From assembly GCA_040260805.1 (NCBI GenBank), contig JBDQPD010000003.1, positions 6,166 to 70,165 on the forward strand: a stretch of DNA of 64,000 bases, written 5' to 3'. This DNA comes from Myxococcota bacterium. GTDB taxonomy: Bacteria > Myxococcota > UBA4151. Positions 57,585-64,000 of this stretch are shown here, piece after piece (position 1 is the first letter of the stretch; each line of letters starts with the position of its first letter). A program made the translations under genes and the position numbers. Under the pieces are notes generated by a model that worked only from the letters and a program-made list of their open reading frames with translations, was not told where the DNA came from and did not search any database.

Positions 57585-58780
57585 GGGCTTACTTTTAACG
57601 CCTCAGTCAAAGGGCTCATAATCTTTTGACTCAGCACAACCGAGGACTTCTTAAAACACTGTTTGGCGTTGAGTCCGCCTGACTTAATGCCGTGTTCGAA
57701 GGTTTTCACCGCCGAGCCTGAGCGACTATCCAGCAAACGAAAGTCTAAATTAGCTCGACAAAACATAATCTGTCCGCGCTGACCCACCTTCTCAACGCTC
57801 ACTTGAGCCATCGCCATATAGCGGGCGCCCTGTTGAGCCGTCTCTTGACGAAGGGCGGCTTGATCGCCCCGCATCACCTGATCCAGAGCCGATCCGGACA
57901 AGCCGCTACCCACGACCTTCCAGCCAGCTCGATTCAAAGCATCAGCGAAGCCTGAGCGGAGCCTTCGATCACACGATTTACTGTCGTCATCCATGGTGCA
58001 ATGGAGCCCCATCACCACTGTTTTTTCAGAGGTACAATTCCTGCCAATGGCTTGTAAAACTAAGTCATTGAGCAAGGTTGAGCTTTTGACCTTTCCGCTC
58101 AACCGCCGATCCCCAGGGATGCTTGATAAGAGCTCTTGTGCGCGTTTGAGTTGTTCACATTGATCGCCTACTGAGCCCCCTTCATTCAAAGCTTTTTGGT
58201 ACAGATTTTGGGCTTGAGTACCTCGCTCTGACCAGCTGATTTGTAGCTTATCAAACTCGCCGACCGGCCAAGCGATTTGAATAGCGCAGACTGGTGAACT
58301 CGAAAAATGACCCCTCCATGTGGCGTCAATTCGAGCCCCTTGAATGACGACAGTCTGGCTCCCTAAGGTGATTTTTTCACCCTGAGATCTCACCCCTTCT
58401 TTAACCCCAAAAAGCTTTGCAATTCCGGACCAGGCTTTGGCCTCAGCTTGTTCGCAGGTTGCGTTGGTCACCTTTGCAGCGCTGTGCACGCCCACACAAA
58501 GATGAGCAGGGACAACGCTGGCTTGACCTTCTTGCATGGCGGTCATCTGACCTAGAGCGCACCCTGCGCCCTGCGCCATCCATTGAGGAGGCTCTTTCGA
58601 GTCGATAACCGTCTGGCTATAGCTTTGCTTGAATCGATCGACAGCTACCGGCTCTTGCGGCGAAGGGGTTGCGCTGACTCGCTGAACTTGGGGTTGGGAT
58701 GGAGCTTGAGCGACCACAACCACAGCGGCGGATGGTGGGGTCGCACAAGCAGCTAATGCCCACACCACAAATCGCCTCAA
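57581..58780 (-). CDS. Lipoprotein of unknown function (399 aa)
   Basis: Lipobox-like VWALAAC near the N-terminus, with a TTG start overlapping the lgt stop (TTGA). Cys-rich. The C-terminal third (GARYMAMAQVSVEKVG...RANLDFRLLDSRSGSAV) loosely resembles LpoB/CsgG-type lipoprotein folds. Confidence 0.55.
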   Translation of the reverse strand: MRRFVVWALAACATPPSAAVVVVAQAPSQPQVQRVSATPSPQEPVAVDRFKQSYSQTVIDSKEPPQWMAQGAGCALGQMTAMQEGQASVVPAHLCVGVHSAAKVTNATCEQAEAKAWSGIAKLFGVKEGVRSQGEKITLGSQTVVIQGARIDATWRGHFSSSPVCAIQIAWPVGEFDKLQISWSERGTQAQNLYQKALNEGGSVGDQCEQLKRAQELLSSIPGDRRLSGKVKSSTLLNDLVLQAIGRNCTSEKTVVMGLHCTMDDDSKSCDRRLRSGFADALNRAGWKVVGSGLSGSALDQVMRGDQAALRQETAQQGARYMAMAQVSVEKVGQRGQIMFCRANLDFRLLDSRSGSAVKTFEHGIKSGGLNAKQCFKKSSVVLSQKIMSPLTEALKVSP

Positions 58781-59667
58781 GCTACATTCTCCGGCGATTC
58801 AGCTGGCGCCTCTTGGCGCCGTTTCCATGTGGTCAAAATCGCGATCATCGCAAAGACCGCAACCAAGACCGAGATCAGCTGCGAGGTGCTCAAGCCAAAG
58901 ACCAAGTCGACCCCGCGTGCCTTATCGCCTCGAAAGGTCTCAACGATCGACCGAAGCAAAGGATAAAACATCAACCAAGCGAGAAAGATCTGACCATGAA
59001 AGGCTTTTCGATAACGCCAAAGCACCAAGATAAAGAAGATGCTGAGCTCGCCAAAGCTCTCATACAACTGAACCGGATGCAGATCAGGAGTATGCTGCAG
59101 CAATCCCCCGCCCTCAGCTAAAGGAATTTCACCGCCAGCAGCCATCCCTTGATAAGCTAAAGAGCCTGTAGGGTTCCCTGAACCGATCAAGGGCTCTGTC
59201 CCCGCCGGAAAGTTGGCGCCTAAGTGATGATCAACCGGACGCCCCCAACAGCAACCCGCAGCGAAACACCCAAGGCGACCAAAAGCGTGCCCTAAGGCCA
59301 AGCTGGGTATGAGGATATCACCGGTCAACCATGGGTTGATTTTGTGGTGCCTTACTGCCCAGATAAAGTAACCAAAGGCGCCGATAAATCCGCCATAAAA
59401 TACCAGCCCGCCTTCCCAGATTTTAAAGATCTTAACCGGGTCGCTGGAGTAGGTCCCCCAGTTGACCATAATGAACAAAATGCGAGCGCCGACAAGCCCC
59501 CAAGCCAGGAGCCAAAATCCCATGTCCCCGATCAGCTCATCATCTTCACCGATCTGACGAGCGTAGCGCTGCGCAAGATTGAGCCCGATGATAAAACCAA
59601 GGAAGATCATCAGGCCATAGGTGTGCAGCTTTAGCGTTTCACCAAATTGAAGCAAAACAGGTAACAT
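58777..59667 (-). CDS. lgt: Prolipoprotein diacylglyceryl transferase
   Basis: WEGGLVFYGGFIGA and GRLGCFAAGCCWGRP. Polytopic membrane protein. Its start overlaps the ileS stop by 1 nt (TGATG). Confidence 0.85.
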   Translation of the reverse strand: MLPVLLQFGETLKLHTYGLMIFLGFIIGLNLAQRYARQIGEDDELIGDMGFWLLAWGLVGARILFIMVNWGTYSSDPVKIFKIWEGGLVFYGGFIGAFGYFIWAVRHHKINPWLTGDILIPSLALGHAFGRLGCFAAGCCWGRPVDHHLGANFPAGTEPLIGSGNPTGSLAYQGMAAGGEIPLAEGGGLLQHTPDLHPVQLYESFGELSIFFILVLWRYRKAFHGQIFLAWLMFYPLLRSIVETFRGDKARGVDLVFGLSTSQLISVLVAVFAMIAILTTWKRRQEAPAESPENVA

Positions 59668-62366
59668 CAGGACTCCACAGCAACGCTACAGCGCTTGCAC
59701 AAACCGTCTTCTTCAAGTGGATCAGGGCGCCAACATCGTGGACATGCCGCTTGGGATACCGCAGTGATCACAACCGATTGATCCAACTCAACAAACTCAA
59801 CCGCTCCAACCAACAAAAGCTCAGGGAGTTCATTCCCATAAATCTCCGAGCATTCTAATTCCTCAGGAGCCATAGGTAAACGCACACGCGCTTCATAAGT
59901 ATGGTGTTTTTCACGGCGAAATTGCTCGAGTTCTGGTGCGATTCGCTCACGCAAAGACCACAACAATTCGAGCGGTTTTGAGACCTCATTACCTAGACCA
60001 ACAGAGACTGGATAATCGTCTAAATGTACTGAATCTTGGCGTGGTCCGGGGAGATGATCGTACGCGTCTTCTGCCGTAAAAGGCATCACCGGAGCGATTA
60101 ATCGGATCAAGGTGTGCGCGTGATGATAAACGACCGTTTGCGTCCCGCGTCGTCTCAAACCATCCTTTGCGTCACAGTATAATCGATCTTTTGCGATATC
60201 GAGGTACCGCGATGAGAGCTTTGAGCAATATTCGTTGATCGCCTGCATTGCGCTGTGAAAAGCAAAGCAACCTAAATGATAATCAACCTGAGCGACCAAC
60301 TGGTCTAATTCACCCATGACTGCTGCATCAAGCCAACTTAATCCCTCGATCGAGACCGCATGTTGACTCGGGTCAAAGTCGTCCAAGTTCCCCAATAAGA
60401 ACTTCATCGTGTTGCGAAGTTTTCGATAACTATCGGACGTTCGCTTGAGGATCTCATCTGAGACTCGGATGTCTTCACGATAATCGGCTGAAGCTGCCCA
60501 AAGCCGAATCAGCTCAGCACCAGAGCGGTTAATCTCTTGGGAAACCGGAGTAAAATTCTTCTTTGACTTGCTGAGCTTTTTGCCCTGACCATCAACCACA
60601 AATCCATGAGTAAGGACTCGCTTGTAGGGCGGAGCACCTCGAGTCGCTACGGACTCAAGCAACGTGGTATGAAACCAACCTCGATGCTGATCCGATCCTT
60701 CTAAATACAGATCAACCGGCGCCGAATCATGTCCAGTAGCAGCATACGAGACACCCGAATCAAACCAGACATCAAGGATGTCGGAATCTTTATCTAGGTC
60801 TTGGCTACCGCAGGACGCACAACACGCGCCTTTAGGGAGTAATTGATCGACGGACCACTCATACCAAATATCACTGGTATGCTCGTCAAAAAGGTCAGCT
60901 AAATGATCAATCCAATCCGGATTGACGATGACATCAGAGCACGATCGACAGTGAAAAGCCGGAATCGGTACGCCCCAGACACGCTGGCGAGATAAACACC
61001 AATCAGGGCGCGCCTCGAGCATCGCGTAAATTCGGCGTTGTCCCCACTTAGGGACCCACTCGACCTTATTGATTGCGTCGAGACAACGTTGTCTTAACTC
61101 CTTGTGCTCCATGCTCAAGAACCATTGTTCCGTGGCACGAAACATCAAGGGCTTACCGTTTCGGCTGTTGTGCGGATAGCTGTGGTTGATCGTCTCGCCT
61201 TCAGCGTTAATCAAATGACCTGAAGCGGCTAGATCAGCGACGATTTGCGGATTACTAGCGACCGCTTTTTGCTTTGCGTAAGGCCCCGCTTCATCCGTAA
61301 AGCGACCGTATCGGTCGACAGGCACGGCGATCTCTAATCCATGGGCTCGACCGACATGAAAATCATCCTCACCATGCCCTGGAGCAGTGTGAACGCAACC
61401 GGTTCCTGCTTCGGTCGTGACGTGCTCACCGAGAAGGACAGGGACATCGAAATCCATAAACGGATGTTTTAATCGAATCCCTTCAAGTTCACTCCCTTTC
61501 CAGCGGTCAACCACCTCACCGTGCTTCTGGATCGCCGCTAAGAAGGACTCCTTGAGCGCTTCGGCAACGATCAATACTCGATCGCCAACCCGTAGACCCA
61601 CATAATCAAGTTCAGCATGAACACAGACCGCTCGATTTGCAGGTAAGGTCCACGGCGTCGTGGTCCAAATAACCAACGATGCGTCGGTGATAAGGTCATC
61701 ACCAACTTGATCAAAAGCGACGTAAATAGAGGGGCTTACATGATCATGATATTCCACCTCGGTATCAGCTACCGAGGACACGCAATGAGGACACCAGTGA
61801 ACCGGTCTTAGCCCACGTACGACACCGCCAGAGCGAACCAACTGACCAAATTCTCGAGTGATCGTTGCTTCGTAAGAGGCGTTCATTGTGACGTAAGGAT
61901 CATCCCATCGACCTTCAATACCCAGACGCATGAACCCTTCGCGTTGGCGATCGATGAACTCTTGCGCATAGGCCCGACATGCTCGCCGAAATTCGGCGGT
62001 GGTCAGGTCACGTTTCTTTTTGCCTAAACGCTTATCAACAGCGAGCTCGATAGGCAGACCATGACAATCCCAACCCGGAATATAATCGGCGTTGTAACCC
62101 TTCATTCGAACGTAGCGAAGCACCACGTCCTTGAGGGTTTTGTTGAGCATGTGACCATGGTGGAGATCACCGTTGGCGTAGGGCGGACCATCATGCAGCA
62201 CAAACGCGGGATTCGCCGCATTCTTCGCCATACGTAGACCGAAGATGTCGAGCTCGCTCCAGCGCGCTAAAAACTCAGGTTCGCGCTTCGCCAAATTGGC
62301 GCGCATTGCGAACTCAGTTTGCGGTAATTGAAGCGTCTCACGCCAGGCACTCGCTTGACGAGCCAT
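59667..62366 (-). CDS. ileS: Isoleucine--tRNA ligase
   Basis: HIGH-type PYANGDLHHGHMLNK, KMSKS-type GKKLSKSKKN, CP1 editing insert, and a C-terminal Cys cluster CPRCWR...CKRC. Confidence 0.97.
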   Translation of the reverse strand: MARQASAWRETLQLPQTEFAMRANLAKREPEFLARWSELDIFGLRMAKNAANPAFVLHDGPPYANGDLHHGHMLNKTLKDVVLRYVRMKGYNADYIPGWDCHGLPIELAVDKRLGKKKRDLTTAEFRRACRAYAQEFIDRQREGFMRLGIEGRWDDPYVTMNASYEATITREFGQLVRSGGVVRGLRPVHWCPHCVSSVADTEVEYHDHVSPSIYVAFDQVGDDLITDASLVIWTTTPWTLPANRAVCVHAELDYVGLRVGDRVLIVAEALKESFLAAIQKHGEVVDRWKGSELEGIRLKHPFMDFDVPVLLGEHVTTEAGTGCVHTAPGHGEDDFHVGRAHGLEIAVPVDRYGRFTDEAGPYAKQKAVASNPQIVADLAASGHLINAEGETINHSYPHNSRNGKPLMFRATEQWFLSMEHKELRQRCLDAINKVEWVPKWGQRRIYAMLEARPDWCLSRQRVWGVPIPAFHCRSCSDVIVNPDWIDHLADLFDEHTSDIWYEWSVDQLLPKGACCASCGSQDLDKDSDILDVWFDSGVSYAATGHDSAPVDLYLEGSDQHRGWFHTTLLESVATRGAPPYKRVLTHGFVVDGQGKKLSKSKKNFTPVSQEINRSGAELIRLWAASADYREDIRVSDEILKRTSDSYRKLRNTMKFLLGNLDDFDPSQHAVSIEGLSWLDAAVMGELDQLVAQVDYHLGCFAFHSAMQAINEYCSKLSSRYLDIAKDRLYCDAKDGLRRRGTQTVVYHHAHTLIRLIAPVMPFTAEDAYDHLPGPRQDSVHLDDYPVSVGLGNEVSKPLELLWSLRERIAPELEQFRREKHHTYEARVRLPMAPEELECSEIYGNELPELLLVGAVEFVELDQSVVITAVSQAACPRCWRPDPLEEDGLCKRCSVAVES

Positions 62367-62383
62367 TGATTTTTCCTTTGGTA

Positions 62384-63484
62384 TTACAGACGCATCGGCA
62401 TGATCACACAGAGGTAATGATCATCACCTTCAGGCATCACGACGGCTGGTGCTAGATGATCACCCATACGGAACAGTACGGCGGAGCCGCCGACCGATTC
62501 GAGCGCATCTCGCAGATACTTATGATTAAATCCGATGCGCAATTCTTGCCCATCATAATCGCAAGGTAGCTCCTCACGAGCGGTCCCTGAATCCGAGACC
62601 GAAGAGATCACCAAGGTTCCCGAATTAAAGGTAATCTCAACCTGTCCGGTCTTGAGTGATGAGAACACAGCGACGGTTCTAAGCGCCGCAAGCAGCTGTC
62701 CTCGATCGACGACGGCGTGACGATCATTCGCCTTAGGGATCACCTGCTCATAGTTCGGGAAGGTGCCATCCGTCAGCCGCATGCACAGCGTTTGATCATC
62801 ACTTCGAGCCACAGCGTGGTTTCCAACCACTGCGATCGAAATGTTGTCTTGTCCGTCCATCAGCTTACGCAGTTCGTCGACACCTCGACTTGGCATGATC
62901 ATTCCGTCGCTGGGGACAGACCACGAAAATCCTGAGCCTGGTCGCGCCACCGCTAGGCGATGACCGTCCGTCGCTACAAACCTCAAACCATCTGGCTTGC
63001 TGTGGACGTACACACCCACGAGCGCAAACCGGCTATCGTCCGTCGATGCGCAACGGATGGTTTGGGTCAATACTCGCTTCATCTCGGAGGTTGCGACTTC
63101 GGCGAAGTTTGCATCATCAAAGCTTTGCATGACCGGAAAGTCGCTTCCAGGTTGTCCCGCCAGCTCACCTTGCCCACGACTTGAGGTCACGGTCACGTGT
63201 CCTTCATCGTTCGTCTTCAGCGTGATCACCCCATCAGGAAGGGTACCTAGATAATCACTAAACTTACGAGCTGGGACAGCGATTCGTCCCGCACTTTGAA
63301 CATTCGCTGATAGATGAACCGAGACCGCTATGTCCGTGTTGGTGCTCTCGAGATGTAGTGAGCCGTCCTCTTCGACGGTGATCAAAACACAGGTCAAAAT
63401 TGGACGACTCGATTTATGCTGTACGACACCAATCACTCGCCCAAGAGCGGCTGAAAGTGCCTTTGCTTCCATAGAGAACTGCAT
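62384..63484 (-). CDS. dnaN: DNA polymerase III beta sliding clamp
   Basis: MQFSMEAKALSAALGRVIGVVQHKSSRPILTCVLI ... CVIMPMRL C-terminus. The track TTG 63502 contains the AAGGAG SD, so ATG 63484 is preferred. Confidence 0.92.
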   Translation of the reverse strand: MQFSMEAKALSAALGRVIGVVQHKSSRPILTCVLITVEEDGSLHLESTNTDIAVSVHLSANVQSAGRIAVPARKFSDYLGTLPDGVITLKTNDEGHVTVTSSRGQGELAGQPGSDFPVMQSFDDANFAEVATSEMKRVLTQTIRCASTDDSRFALVGVYVHSKPDGLRFVATDGHRLAVARPGSGFSWSVPSDGMIMPSRGVDELRKLMDGQDNISIAVVGNHAVARSDDQTLCMRLTDGTFPNYEQVIPKANDRHAVVDRGQLLAALRTVAVFSSLKTGQVEITFNSGTLVISSVSDSGTAREELPCDYDGQELRIGFNHKYLRDALESVGGSAVLFRMGDHLAPAVVMPEGDDHYLCVIMPMRL

Positions 63485-63502
63485 ACCTAAACGCTCCTTC
63501 AA

Positions 63503-63776
63503 GCGGATCGCAGACTAGCCACAAGCCTGGACCGTAACAAGCGCTTTCCGGTTCTTCTGAGCAAAGAACAAAACAGGTTTTAAAAACTCTTGTTTTTGTT
63601 GTGCATCCGGCCTTTTGAAAACCTATATAAACTATTGAAAAGTATTATTTTTTAACTTTTGAAAAGTTCTAGCTAATCGCAGCGCCTTGCAGGACTTGAG
63701 CTAATAAAAATAGCTTTGGGAGAGTTTTCAACAAGTGGCCTAAGGGTTTTCCGCCAAGCCGATCGCTTCGTATCGA
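63503..63776. other. Candidate replication origin / dnaN control region with an AT-rich tract and repeated TTTTGAAAA-type words
   Basis: This is the longest intergenic gap in the window. It holds an AT-rich tract at ~63576-63668. T(T/A)TTGAAAA(C/G) starts at 63613, 63633 and 63657. TTTTCAACA lies at 63725-63733 and CTAGCCACA at 63515-63523. The DnaA-box matches are only 6-7 of 9. Confidence 0.35.
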
Positions 63777-64000
63777 TTAAAGTTCAGCCAATGGAACGAT
63801 AATCTGCAGGGGCGCTAGCGTCGTTTTGATCAGCTGGTCATCGAGTTTGAGTTGAGCTTGATCGATGCGTCGAATGCCGTGCTGTCCCAACGTACGATCA
63901 CAAACGAAAAGGCTTTGATCGACACGCTCGATACAGCCGAGGGCTTGAGTGTAGGGCCCAGTGATCGAGTGAAGCGCGTCTGTTTCCGGATCAAATTGGT
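63777..64000 (-). CDS. 3' end of an unidentified CDS (5' end beyond the window)
   Basis: The minus-strand frame is open from the window edge to TAA at 63779-63777 (...GPYTQALGCIERVDQSLFVCDRTLGQHGIRRIDQAQLKLDDQLIKTTLAPLQIIVPLAEL). It is absent from the track because it has no start in the window. No family recognised. Confidence 0.4.
   Translation of the reverse strand, partial: QFDPETDALHSITGPYTQALGCIERVDQSLFVCDRTLGQHGIRRIDQAQLKLDDQLIKTTLAPLQIIVPLAEL

Overview
This 64-kb window is a very gene-dense, moderately GC-rich bacterial chromosomal segment with about 58 CDS, one tRNA and almost no non-coding DNA. It reads as the origin-proximal housekeeping core of a deltaproteobacterium-like organism. 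The Myxococcota/Bradymonadia-type hints are two full-length Lon paralogues, a bactofilin fused to the parAB operon, a DUF4388 protein, MJ0042-type zinc ribbons and a GldG/DUF4340 ABC module. The taxon call is inference only.

Gene order:
- mfd (5'-partial)
- dnaJ-dnaK-grpE-hemW
- a class III cyclase-STAND-TPR protein
- lon-thiL-GAF/PAS sensor-LolA-like
- groEL-groES
- tRNA-Phe
- a small J-domain protein
- dnaA, divergent from rpmH-rnpA-yidC
- a methyltransferase
- obg-rpmA-rplU
- prmA-rsmE plus two hypotheticals
- a FabK/NMO-like gene
- a ZnR-GYF-TM protein
- a HAD hydrolase
- HTH-astA-astD-lon-dtd
- parS
- rsmG-parA-parB-bactofilin
- an NFACT-like gene
- galU-priA-(pseudo-receiver/DUF4388/J-like)-def-fmt
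- two small ORFs
- DUF4340-GldG-ABC permease-ABC ATPase-lipoprotein-lgt-ileS-dnaN
- an AT-rich gap

I saw no transposase, integrase, phage gene, CRISPR array, rRNA or toxin-like gene. I therefore cannot point to a self-contained accessory island or defence system.

Best leads:
1. A candidate oriC upstream of dnaN, about 40 kb from dnaA.
2. A perfect palindromic parS, and a 16-nt motif shared between the parS region and the dnaN-upstream region.
3. A 777-aa pseudo-receiver/acidic-Trp-repeat/DUF4388/degenerate-J protein wedged between priA and def-fmt.
4. A GAF-PAS-PAS protein that keeps the His-kinase DHp/H-box but lacks any ATPase domain.
5. A start/stop-overlapping chain running ileS-lgt-lipoprotein-ABC-GldG-DUF4340.
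6. An apparent frameshift in the 5' end of rsmE.

ATGA/TGATG junctions are pervasive in this window, so tight coupling is weak evidence for functional linkage. All domain calls come from motif recognition by eye; no searches were run.
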